This document shows, one piece after another, positions 1-11,822 of a DNA stretch of 64,000 bases; positions within the stretch are counted from its first letter, which is position 1, and each line of letters begins with the position of its first letter. A model generated the notes under the pieces. It ran no database searches, had not been told where the DNA came from, and worked only from the letters and a program-made list of their open reading frames with translations. This DNA is from Octopus bimaculoides (lineage: Eukaryota): positions 31,510,109 through 31,574,108 of the forward strand of contig NC_069003.1 in the NCBI RefSeq assembly GCF_001194135.2, in the 5' to 3' direction. Both the position numbers and the translations under genes were made by a program.

Positions 1-1198
1 GTCGCTCTGTTATCATATATTTTTACTGTTTAATTAAAGTATCCTTTTCTTTAAAGGAACGAAAAAATTATTGTTTATGTTTATTATTTCGAATTTCTTG
101 CTAGATTTTCTTATTAACCATATGTACACAACCACACACATACATACATACATATGATAGGTTTCTTTCAGTTTCCATCCACCAAATCCACAGTTGGGAA
201 GCAAACTTCTTTCCACACAGCCACACTGAATAGAGAAGCCGTAGCTTCCAAAGTAAATATCAGTAAATATTTTCTTCCTTGCTGATTTTTACAAGTAATA
301 TTCCCATCTTGCAGAGCAACTGATTTCTGTGACTACCTAATTCTACATCTGTCTCAAACAAATAAATTAGCGTTGCTTATGTCTGCATCAATATTCGTGT
401 TGATACAAACATAAGTATTTAATAACAGGGTTATTCTTTATCTCGGCGCTGTCTTTCTCACAGATGGCATCGTATATTGTTTTTAGCAATGTCATGCTGC
501 ATAGAAAGACAGAAACTTAGGAGACATTTTTAAACAGCTGTTCATTATGTGGTAATATATTCCACAGAAATATGACATAATCAACGTTTTTGCTTGCATT
601 TTGGACGTTTCACCTTTTGACATTCAGATTTCTTTGTCAGATGTATTGCTTATTGAATTCACACTGTTTTGAATTAATCACAGATCATCTTGTAACTTCA
701 AGATCTCAACGATGTGTTAGTGAATTTTTAAAATGACATTGTAGGGTAGATATGGTCAGTTTTAGTATAAGACAGGTGGAATATTTGGGCTGGATATGGC
801 CAGATTAAATGCTAAAGGGTTAAGGGCTCTATTATCTCTTCAGTTCCTTAGTTATTTTGTAGCTATTTCCGGTTCTTGAATTGCAAACGTTTACCCTTCA
901 AAATGTGATGGGATGTAACAGTCACACACCCAAGTGAGGTTATACTTCTTCATATCAGTATCAACTTCATAATGTTTGCATAATCTTTTCTTCTGTATTT
1001 TGGTATGCAATATATTTCTCTCAGATTTTTGCTGAGGTATGCTTGTATACAGTTCTGAGCTAGCATGGAAGGCTGTTGCAAAGTGAATACTTGAGAAGTT
1101 CACTATCAAACCATAGGATGTTGTTCCCTTCATTTTTGAGCACCTGAATGATGTATTTGTTTCTGTTGTTGTTGTTTAATATCTTAATCTACCATGAC

Positions 1199-1530
1199 TG
1201 TGAAGGTGCATGGCTCAGTGGTTAGAGCATCAGACTCACAATCATAAGGTAGTGAGTTTGATTCTTGGACTGGGTTGTGTGTTGTGTTCTTGAGCAAGAC
1301 ACTTTATTTCATATCGCTCCACTTCACTCAGCTGTAGAAATGAGTTATTACATCAACATCACTGGTACCAAATTGGATTGGCCTTTGCCTTTCTCTTGGA
1401 TAACATCAGTGATGTGGAGAGGGGAGGCTGGCATGCATGAGCGACTGCTGATCTTTCATAAACAACTCTGCCTCGGAGGGAACCTTATAGGTTCAATCCC
1501 ATGATCATCCATGACCGAAGAGGGTCTTAA
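1199..1530 (+). mobile_element. tRNA-headed SINE family A
   Basis: Box A/B-like head (ggctcagtggttagag...gtttgattc) followed by tgtgttcttgagcaagacactt. Near-full homolog at 25010-25350 (+), partial at 6511-6750 (-). Confidence 0.8.
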
Positions 1531-2176
1531 CTTCACCATGGCCTGTTACTGGAACTCACTAGTGATGCCACATATTTTCAATCACTCTGAATACTGTTTA
1601 ATTACAATATTTCATAATTAAACTTTAACATTTAGCACTCAGGTCATCCTTGAAATCATGTCAACGATACAGAATAAAGTATTTTCTCAATTTATGAAAA
1701 TGTACCACTTGTGATGCATATGGGAGTTGTGTGAAGTTTATGATGAACCACCAATGGTACATGTGACGGTTAGAATATTAATAGATACTTGTCAAGCCGT
1801 CCAATCCACACCAGCATGGACAACTGATATCAAATGATGATGATATAGTTTCAGGAGTTATATGAATAATATAGCTATGTGGAGTTATCTTAACGATATA
1901 GGTGTGTGGGTTTACTTGAATAAAATAGTTGTGTGGGTTGCATTAACAATCGTGTGTGTGTGTGTCGGGGTTATTCATTAAGAAGTGAATCCAAATGAAT
2001 CAGAAGAGTTAGTCCAATGGCTGAGTATTATTGGATTAAGATTTTTTTGACATTTTCTTCTGGCAGAAAGGCAATCTGATCAACAGGCATGCATGCACAC
2101 CCACCACCCCATCTGCTGCTACTTACTGTTCCATCATACATACATACATATATTACACACACACACACACACAGAC

Positions 2177-2209
<33 letters not shown>

Positions 2210-2799
2210 TACATACACATACAGATATGATGAAAAAGTAAGTATTATCAAACAGGTAAGTAAGTAGCAGACAGGTTAGCAGGGTGGACCCAACTCAACT
2301 CATTCTGGTGAATGCAGATAGAAATACCAGTAAATAGTGTTGAAGAATGCAGTGCTTTTCACCAACAGTATGGTAACCTCCACATACTACAACAAAGTGC
2401 TTTCCACTTACAGTTCACTTCGCCTACAGAGCTTTCCACGAACAGCTCTCACCACCCACAGCAAAGAACACTTCATCCACAACACGACATTTTCCACCTG
2501 TAGCAACTTAGCCGCTAGACACTCCCCACCTGTAGAATAGGACCCGTCATCGATAGCACAGTGCTCTCTGTTCGCAATATAGGACCTCTATCTACAGTAT
2601 CCTGCACCAGAACAGTGTCCTTCATCCACAGTATACCCTTCATCTGCAGCACATGACAATTTTTCAACCTGCACAAGCAATCAATGTTAAAGCACACTTC
2701 TTCCCTTTCCTTTCCCTGTTCCAACCCAGAGGCTATGGCCACACTGGGGCACTGCCATTTTCATCACCTTTTCAACGGCCATTCTTAAGTGGTTGGCTT

Positions 2800-3069
2800 T
2801 CAATGAATGTGGGCTTTTGATGATAATGCTGCCCTCATTTGAGTTTCTTGACATGATATAGCCTCATCTGGAATCTTGGACAGAAGGTCAAAGTTCTTCT
2901 TGAACACAAGGGAAACACATAGCATCTGCATGGAGTTAGAGTAGACCCTAACTCCATGCAGATCCCTTGAATTTTTTGGCAAGGTATTAAACAGCCTTGG
3001 ACCCTCAAAACCCAAGTTATTGCAGTACCTGGTCCTTACTCTAAACAGGGTGCTCAGGACATCTAGCAC
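2800..3069 (-). mobile_element. Degenerate 3' end of a LINE ORF2 (CR1/L2-like)
   Basis: Translation TRYCNNLGFEGPRLFNTLPKNSRDLHGV...FKKNFDLLSKIPDE resembles the post-RT C-terminus of CR1-group LINEs (recognition from memory, not searched). Confidence 0.55.
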
Positions 3070-4105
3070 CGTTCAGGAGTTGGTATAACTCTTAATGCGA
3101 TTTAACTTATAATTTCTAAAAATCCAAATTTGTTCCTGTGAGAACATAAGAGAACGACTGTGAGTCTCTGAGTGGGGATCCTGGATAAAAATCTTATCAG
3201 GCGACAGAGGTCTTCAAGAACTGTAAATATCAATATTGTGTGTTTTATTTAAATTTTCCATTCTTCAAATTCATTTTTTAAAAAATCAATAAAGATATAT
3301 TTTAATAAGTTAATTAATATTTCAATTAATTTCCATTTGCAACAATATGCTGTCCAAGTAAAACAGTTTTTTTTTTATTTTTTAAATAACACAAAAAATC
3401 ATGTACAACTCTTGGGAGGGGAATAGNNNNNNNNNNNNNNNNNNNNNNNNNNNNNNNNNNNNNNNNNNNNNNNNNNNNNNNNNNNNNNNNNNNNNNNNNN
3501 NNNNNNNNNNNNNNNNNNNNNNNNNNNNNNNNNNNNNNNNNNNNNNNNNNNNNNNNNNNNNNNNNNNNNNNNNNNNNNNNNNNNNNNNNNNNNNNNNNNN
3601 NNNNNNNNNNNNNNNNNNNNNNNNNNNNNNNNNNNNNNNNNNNNNNNNNNNNNNNNNNNNNNNNNNNNNNNNNNNNNNNNNNNNNNNNNNNNNNNNNNNN
3701 NNNNNNNNNNNNNNNNNNNNNNNNNNNNNNNNNNNNNNNNNNNNNNNNNNNNNNNNNNNNNNNNNNNNNNNNNNNNNNNNNNNNNNNNNNNNNNNNNNNN
3801 NNNNNNNNNNNNNNNNNNNNNNNNNNNNNNNNNNNNNNNNNNNNNNNNNNNNNNNNNNNNNNNNNNNNNNNNNNNNNNNNNNNNNNNNNNNNNNNNNNNN
3901 NNNNNNNNNNNNNNNNNNNNNNNNNNNNNNNNNNNNNNNNNNNNNNNNNNNNNNNNNNNNNNNNNNNNNNNNNNNNNNNNNNNNNNNNNNNNNNNNNNNN
4001 NNNNNNNNNNNNNNNNNNNNNNNNNNNNNNNNNNNNNNNNNNNNNNNNNNNNGGGGGGGGGTGTTTTTGTTTTTTTGCAGGACGAGATGAATCTGAATGA
4101 AATAA

Positions 4106-4129
4106 TTTATTATTTTTAAATAATTTATT
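4106..4129 (-). promoter_or_regulatory. Two candidate polyadenylation signals (AATAAA) for the kinase transcript
   Basis: tttatt on the plus strand at 4106-4111 and 4124-4129. The region is AT-rich, so chance occurrence is possible. Confidence 0.3.
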
Positions 4130-4244
4130 ATTTCATTTTTAAATGGATGGAACTAAATACAATTTGATGAAGATGACTGATGATTGGATGCCGGATGCTG
4201 GATGCTAAGATGCTGTTGTTGTTTCCAAGAATATTAACACACCT

Positions 4245-4304
4245 TCAGCTTGTGGACAATCGTGAAAACAGAGGATCACATTCCATTGATACTTCAGAAT
4301 ATGT
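4245..4304 (-). CDS. Candidate alternative terminal exon (TYSEVSMECDPLFSRLSTS*) or 3'UTR exon
   Basis: ctgttatattttcag|ACA acceptor; minus-strand AATAAA at 4124-4129 and 4106-4111 lie downstream. Confidence 0.3.
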   Translation of the reverse strand, partial: TYSEVSMECDPLFSRLSTS

Positions 4305-4698
4305 CTGAAAATATAACAGGATTAGTAAAACATGGTGAAACATGAGAAATTCAGCTGTAAATCACTGATCAATTAATGAAAGATTTCAGACATGTTAGAG
4401 TGTGGTAAGAAGTTTGCTTCCCATCTACATGGTTCTCGGTTCAGTCCCACTGCATGGCAATGTGAAATGGAGTGCTTTGCTCAAGAACACAATGTACAAC
4501 AGGTCTGAGAATCGAAACTGCAATCTTGTGATCATGAGTGCAACACCCTAACCACTCACCCATGTGCCTTCACCTATAATTATATATTTCAAATAATTGA
4601 AAAATGATAATGACAATGATGATGATGACGATGATGATGATGATTTAAGCAATCCTTCTTCCACGGGTTACAAAGGAATCCTTCCTCACCTAAAAATG

Positions 4699-4857
4699 TC
4701 AGCTGTCTTGTTGTTTCAATGATTCTAATGGACTTCCTGATCCGGATTCTATAGATGAAATTCTCTCCAATAAGTCTTCACAAAATGCTTCTGATGTTGA
4801 TGGTAGTGATGATGATGATGGAACGGATTCTTCGTCAAGTGGTAGGTCAGTAAAATC
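4699..4857 (-). CDS. AATK: Candidate terminal coding exon: DFTDLPLDEESVPSSSSLPSTSEAFCEDLLERISSIESGSGSPLESLKQQDS*
   Basis: tttttaatattttgtag|GAT acceptor. Only the phase-0 frame stays open to this point, matching the phase-0 donor at 11835. Acidic/Ser composition resembles the tail. A donor TAG|gtgagg follows at 4690. Confidence 0.55.
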   Translation of the reverse strand, partial: DFTDLPLDEESVPSSSSLPSTSEAFCEDLLERISSIESGSGSPLESLKQQDS

Positions 4858-4890
4858 CTACAAAATATTAAAAATAGGTAACAGTTTATC

Positions 4891-4924
<34 letters not shown>

Positions 4925-5997
4925 AATAATCATCCTTTCTATTAAAGACACAAGACCTGAAATTTCGAGAGAGGGGACTAGTCAATTACATTGACCCCAG
5001 TACTCAGCTGGTACTTAATTTATCGACCCCGAAAGGATGAAAAGCAAAGTTGACCTTGGTGGAATTTGAGCTCAGAACACAGTGACAGGTAAAATACTGC
5101 TAAGTATTTTACCTGACATGCTAATGATTCTGCCAGCTCACCACCTTAATAATAATAATAATTATTATTATTATTATTATTTCAAATTTTTGCCACAAGG
5201 GCAGCTTGGGGGAGGTGGGGACGAGTCGATTACATCAACCCCCAGTGTTCAACTGGTACTTATATATCAACCCCAAAAGGATGAAAGGCAAAGTCGACCT
5301 TGGTGGAATTTGAACTCAGAACGTAGCGACGGGCAAAATACCACTAAGCATTTTGTCCAGTATGCTAACAATTCTTATTTCTTTATTGCCTACAAGGGGC
5401 TAAACGTAGAGGCTAAACAAGGCCAGACGAAGGGATTAAGTCGATTACATCGACCCCTGTGCGTAACTGGTACTTAATTTATCAACCCCGAAAGGATGAA
5501 AGGCAAAGTCGACCTTGGTGGAATTTGAACTCAGAACATAGCGACGGGCAAAATACCACTAAGCATTTCGCCCGGCATGCTAACAATTCTGCCAGCTCAC
5601 CGCCTTAATAATAACAACAAAAACAGAATCAATCCATATACTAATAATAGTTCTTTAAGAAAGATAAAAAATGTTTCAACTAAATACATAATCAAAACTT
5701 TAAGACTTACACTTTTACAGCATATGGGAAATAGCACTACCAAGCATAGCACGTTATGTATAGAATCCTCAGCATAATAGCACTACTAAGCACTGCACAT
5801 ATATATATGTATAGAGTATATTCGACAGAATATCACCTGATGAAATGGCTGGTAGATAACAATTATGAATTTATGTAACGTTATGTGATAAATTAAGTAA
5901 TGGACTCATATCTGAAATAAACCATGCTATTGAAACAAGGATATTAATGTTTTACATTATCCATTTGTTTTGGCGGGTTTCTTATGTAAGAAAAAGA

Positions 5998-6029
<32 letters not shown>

Positions 6030-6473
6030 AACCACGAATACTTAATGTTTTTGCCTTGTGCATTTGCCGGTGGGCTTCTGTTGGTGTAGTAGAGTATATG
6101 CTCTCTAAAAGCACCAACGGAGAATATACTTCAGCATACCAATAGCAGCCCACTAGCAAATACAAGAAGCATATATATTTACCTATCTATCTATCTATCT
6201 ATCTGTCTCTCTCTCTCTATACATACATAGATAGATAGATAGATAGATATAGATATAGCAGCGACATCTAGCAAGGCCAAGCTTCTCCAGACCTTGAAAC
6301 TAGTCTCTGGATGTTGGGTTTGTTTGGTGGAGGTGCTTATCTCCCCTGTTTGAAAACTTAAGGACGCAGATCGCTTGTGTCGCATAGCCAACCAGAAATG
6401 GTGTTTCTTGGGGCTAAATAGCAGTAACATTCTTCCCTTTCCTGGGACTACCACATTAAGTTGGCAACAAGCC

Positions 6474-6509
<36 letters not shown>

Positions 6510-6869
6510 TAACCATGGGATTGCACCTAGAAAGGCACAAGTTTGGGCAAGATTGCTTATGGAAGACCAGCATTCGCCCATGCATACCAGCCTCCCCTCT
6601 CCATGCCAGGGGGAAAAGGCAAACGCTGATACAGCTTGGCATCAGTAGCATCACAACTCATTTCTATAGTTGAGTGAACTGGAGCAATGTGAAATAAAGT
6701 GTCTTGCTCAAGAACGCAACACACAACCTGATTCAGGAAACAAATTCACTGTCTCATAATTTAATTTCACATGGATTCTGTGTGGTTTTTCTCGTAATAA
6801 TAGTTTTACTCTCTTAGCTGATTGAATACTCTACAAATTGTTGGACTTCACATCAGGCATGTATATAAA

Positions 6870-6900
<31 letters not shown>

Positions 6901-7024
6901 CCTGAAGTTATATATAAAACAATTTAACATTGAACTGAAGTGTTCTTCTGACTATTTAATACAGCTCTGAGTGATGATGGCTGGCACGTCAAAATTTTTA
7001 AATCACTACCGACCTATTTCCTTC

Positions 7025-7174
7025 TATATACGTGTGTGTGTCTGTATACACACACACACACACACGCACACACATATATATATACACACACATACATATA
7101 TATACACATGTATATATTTATATATATATATATGCACACACACATAAACACATGTATATATATATACACACACA

Positions 7175-7222
<48 letters not shown>

Positions 7223-7223
7223 C

Positions 7224-7254
<31 letters not shown>

Positions 7255-7350
7255 TACATATATATACATACATACATACGCACACACATACACACTGACA
7301 CACACACACACAGACATACACACACATACACACACACACACACACACAAC
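7025..7350. repeat. Compound (CA)/(TA) microsatellite, one of dozens in the window
   Basis: Direct inspection. Confidence 0.95.
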
Positions 7351-7592
7351 GCACACATGAATAGTGGTGATTCCTGCTACATAAGGCAGAGCATGCAATT
7401 TATAAAAATCAAAGCAATATAATTGAAGCAGGGTATATATAGCATGTATATGGCTTCTTTGCAGCCATCTGAAGTTAAAAAATGAAAGATTTATAACCAA
7501 ATCTAATTTGTTATTTGCATTCAATTATATATTCTAGACATGCAGAAAACACACGGATATATATTTATCCGAAAAAGTATAGTATCAAATAT

Positions 7593-7698
7593 CCATCACG
7601 GCTGATCTTACCAAATGGTTTCATGTAAAGAATACAATGGAGTGTTAGGTAACAATCTGATTATATAACTTCACACTCATCAGAGTTAGCTGATATGG
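7593..7698 (-). ncRNA. Type I hammerhead ribozyme motif, catalytic core intact (copy 1)
   Basis: Minus strand: aact-CTGATGA(7683-7677)-Gtgtgaag...ctttacat-GAAA(7622-7619)-CC ATTT GG-TA|agat. Predicted cleavage between 7609 and 7608. Confidence 0.75.
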
Positions 7699-7763
7699 AA
7701 GGGAATATGGTGACTGATTGAAAACCGAAGAATAACTATAATACGGGCAACGCTATTCTTCAC

Positions 7764-7807
<44 letters not shown>

Positions 7808-8012
7808 AGGTGAAGAATGAAACTGCCAGTGTTATATCTATTCTTTGGTTTTCAATCTGGCAATCATTGCAATGACATATCGGTGACAAATCAAATGTCA
7901 TGCATGATTACATGGATAAGAACAATGATACTGCCATACTGATTATATAATGTACGTTATATAAAAATAGACCCACAGCTGTTTAGTCATGACCAAATGA
8001 AGATGAGATAGA

Positions 8013-8059
<47 letters not shown>

Positions 8060-8300
8060 NNNNNNNNNNNNNNNNNNNNNNNNNNNNNNNNNNNNNNNNN
8101 NNNNNNNNNNNNNNNNNNNNNNNNNNNNNNNNNNNNNNNNNNNNNNNNNNNNNNNNNNNNNNNNNNNNNNNNNNNNNNNNNNNNNNNNNNNNNNNNNNNN
8201 NNNNNNNNNNNNNNNNNNNNNNNNNNNNNNNNNNNNNNNNNNNNNNNNNNNNNNNNNNNNNNNNNNNNNNNNNNNNNNNNNNNNNNNNNNNNNNNNNNNN

Positions 8301-8334
<34 letters not shown>

Positions 8335-10236
8335 TCTAAACAATGAAGGTGTTTTATCAATATACTATTAAATGTCTACCCACAAAGTCTAGATAATTAC
8401 TTACGAACGTGCACGTGCACACACATGCATGTGTCTATGTGCATTTGTGTATATATATATCAGTATGTATATCTGTGTGTGTTTATGTGTGTACATTTGC
8501 ATGGTTATTGTGGTATATATGTATATACTTAAACATAATTGACTTACTCACATTTGCTGCCAATTTGGCCATGTCACATCTACCTCATCATATCACAAGC
8601 ATCAATTATCATCTCTTATCATTATCATAATGATTATTATCAATAGCATAATCATTGTTTGTTTGTTTTTTGGAACAATAAATCTTGAAGCACATAATGC
8701 TATGAATAACATGTCCCATGGGCAGCCGTCAACTTTTTCTATCCAAAAGGAAATTTTCATCTCATTACTTACATGCTATCATTTATAGCTCTATCTGCTC
8801 CAAGATCCATTGTTCCAAAACATAGTTATTTCACATTCTCTCAAAAGTTTATAAATTCTTATGGCATCAATTATCATCTTTATTTTCATTATCCTTATCA
8901 GCATCCTAATTATCCTCATCATAACACAAACTCTTTCATTTTTTACTTCATTGTTTTCACCTCTGTCTCATATGTTAGTTTGGCTTTACTTATTCTGTTC
9001 TGTCTAAAGTGGAATCTGTTTGTCAGTCAGGTGAACTGAGGCACTGACTATAGTGGTGAGGCATGAACATAAAAATCACCATATTTTCCAGCATACAAGT
9101 AAAATTTCTCAGACTAAAATTTACAGCCATAAAAGTTTTTAAAAAAGGTATGTTGAATTATACACCAACACAAATTTGGAGGACCAAAAATTCCATATGA
9201 AATGCAGGAGGATTTGGAAAGATGGTAATGATGTTTGAACATTTACAATATGTTTACTTTATATGCAGGAAAATATGAAACCTAGAACTGCACCTCCTCC
9301 TCCTCATCATCATCACAACAACACTGTAGTTGGGTAATTTAAGCCTTTTGTCAATACTACCAGCATCATCATCACCATCATTAAGAGGAGATTGCCGTCA
9401 TCATTAAGAGGAGAAAGAGGTATGAAATGACTTCAGGACAGGGCAAATGGAAAATGTCACACTCATACCTCTCTCCTCACCAAAATATTAGTGAAAAAAA
9501 AAAGTGAAGGATTTTCATTGAGGATTTGAAACCTGTTTACATATTTCATTTGATGAAAATTTGCTGCCATCGCCACGTCTACCACAGTATAAAGTCTGTC
9601 TGGCTTTCAAGTCAACAAAATTAGCAGGCAGTGGAGTCAGGGACAGGTAGAGATCCCTATATTATTTTAAGAATGCAGGGCATAGGAAGCAGAGGTGACT
9701 GGGAAGCTGCAATGTTCATGCCTTTCCAGAGGGAAGCAGGGATACGGATTAGCAGCATAAGGGAAGCAAATTGTTTTCAGCGAGAAACTGAAAGCAGATC
9801 ACGTACTTCACTCACCGAGACCTTACCTCTTGCTCTAAACCGGTTGTCACTTCATTTATTCTGACATGATGGCCATAGGAGGATTGAATAAAAAATACAA
9901 ACTATTTTAAAGCAAAAGAAGAAATAAGCACTTTTCTCTCTCTCCCTCTCTCTCTCTACAAGAATATATATACACTCACACAAGGGGGGTGCTGGAAAGT
10001 TCTTGGCTTTGGGTAAAAGAAAATACAAGAGGATCAGTTAATTATGATTTTAGTCAACATACTCCCCTCTCAGATTCACACACTTATTATAACAGCCTTT
10101 CAGTTTCTCAAAGTCCTGTAAAAGAACTCAGACGGTTGGGCCTCCAACTAGGCTTATTTTGAGAAGAAGGCAAAGTTGATTATATTTACCCCAGTACCTG
10201 ACTGGTACTTTATTATATCAACCCTAAAAGGTTTAA

Positions 10237-10464
10237 CCCTTTCGTTACTGTATTTATTTTAAGATGCTCTGTGTTTCTTTCAATTACTTTAAATATAACA
10301 AAGAATTTAGTAAAATAACTTAGTTATCATTAAGCTGGTGTTAGGAACACATAAATTGTGACTAAGGTTTGGTGGAAGATATTAATTCAAAATTTATGAA
10401 AACAAGACATTTGTACTCAGAGCCAGAGCCGGAGCCAGTTTCAGCTGGGTTGGTAACAAAAGGG
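10237..10464. mobile_element. Second piggyBac-type MITE, nested in a family C SINE
   Basis: TIR CCCTTTCGTTAC / GTAACAAAAGGG (11/12); TTAA at 10233-10236 and 10465-10468. The SINE sequence resumes on both sides. Confidence 0.85.
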
Positions 10465-10572
10465 TTAAAGGTAAAGTTGGCCTCAGCAGAATTTGAACTC
10501 AGAACATAACGAATCGTAAGAAAGTCTGCTAAGCCTTTTGTCTGACATGTTATTGATTCTACCACTTTGTTG

Positions 10573-10675
10573 CCTTCTTCCTTCCATATATTAATGCTAC
10601 CTTCTTCCTTCCATATATTAATGCTACCTTCTTCCTTCCATATATATATTGCTGCCTTCTTCCTTCCATATATTC
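10573..10675. repeat. 27-bp minisatellite (ccttcttccttccatatattaatgcta) x about 4
   Basis: Unit starts at 10573 and 10600, period 27. Confidence 0.9.
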
Positions 10676-10948
10676 CTTCTATATATTAATGACCAACTTG
10701 AAGTCAGCTTTGTTAGCTTTATATTCTCTTATTCAAATGACACTAACATTCAGATTAACAAAAATTTATCTCAGACATTTAGACATTTAATCAACCTATT
10801 TATTTATTTACCATAAACACACATCTATAGACATGCATTGAGAGATGCACTAAAACACGTGGACATCATATCTCAGACATGTCCGAGTCCCACATCTTGA
10901 TGAGATGTAAAATGACCACTCGAAGACTTGTTCTTCATATTGTCTATC

Positions 10949-11112
10949 TAAGGCAAGATGCAGTGTATGTAAGGCAGGATATGGTATATGTAAGGCAAGA
11001 TATGGTGTATGTAAGGCAAGATATGGTCTGTGTGTGTAAGGCAAGATTTGGTATGTGTAAGGCAAGATATAGTGTATGTAAGGCAAGATATAGTGTATGT
11101 AAGGCAAGATAT
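10949..11112. repeat. 21-bp minisatellite (gtgtatgtaaggcaagatata) x about 8
   Basis: Direct inspection; produces 7-aa periodic spurious ORFs. Confidence 0.9.
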
Positions 11113-11194
11113 GTATTGATATATCTCTGGCAAGCTGTACTGTAGCTAAATCAGCTTATATAATTATGTCAACTGTAAAGTAAATGAGGAAAGA

Positions 11195-11590
11195 TGTAAT
11201 GTATTTGCAGCAACATGCAGAGTGTCTATTGGAACATGCAGTATGTCTATTACAACATGAAATGTGTCTAAGGAAACATGAAGTGTGTCTAAGGAAATAT
11301 GAAGTGTATCTATGGTAACATGTAATGTGTCTAAAGCAATACACGATGTAACAGTGTACTTACAGCAACACACTGTATCTATGACAACATGAAGTGTGTT
11401 TATGGCAACATGCAGTATGTCTATGGTGGCATGTAGTGCATCTATGGTGACATGCAATGTATCTATGGCAACATGCAGTGTGTCTATGGCAATGTAGAGT
11501 GTATTTATGACAATATACAGTATCTAGACCAAGATGTAGCATATCTATAGCAATATATAATGTATCTATGGCACAATATGTGTTATATCT
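11195..11590. repeat. Degenerate 21-bp minisatellite (atgcagtgtgtctatggcaac-like)
   Basis: Direct inspection; 7-aa periodic ORFs in the track. Confidence 0.8.
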
Positions 11591-11822
11591 ATGCCAATAC
11601 TCAATCTTCTAGGGTAATATCTGATGTATTTAAGATGTTAAGCAAAGAATCAAAATATAATTAAATCAAGATAATACAATCCAGTAATATAGATACTATT
11701 TCGCTACAAACTATACCTGATTATTTGTATTCAGCACCAAAAAAAATCTAACAAAATATTTGCCAATTGAAAAAAGGGAGTAACAAAGAAATAACACAGT
11801 AAATAAATGGAAATGTCTATTG

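Noticed and set aside
891-1133. 80-aa minus-strand ORF as a further kinase exon or second gene
   Set aside because: No recognisable motif or phase-compatible splice sites.
1199-1275. tRNA gene candidates at SINE heads (also 25010, 31138, 53080-53153)
   Set aside because: They continue into SINE bodies and lack a complete cloverleaf.
3401-4090. Long ORFs containing X runs (also near 8012, 25323, 32345, 35652, 37439, 43099, 45346, 46431, 57274, 63549)
   Set aside because: They are open only because they cross N gaps.
4694-4930. Plus-strand acidic open frame (SNGLPDPDSIDEIL...DDDDG)
   Set aside because: No convincing plus-strand acceptor or partner exons; better explained as the antisense shadow of the minus-strand candidate exon.
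7014-7524. YI/CV/HT-repeat ORFs (also 61200-63260 and 56699-57079)
   Set aside because: Translations of dinucleotide and tetranucleotide microsatellites.
10850-11542. Heptad-repeat ORFs on both strands (VRQDMVY, LPYTHHI, IDTLHVA)
   Set aside because: Explained by 21-bp minisatellites; no splice or homology support. Not CRISPR, since there are no unique spacers.
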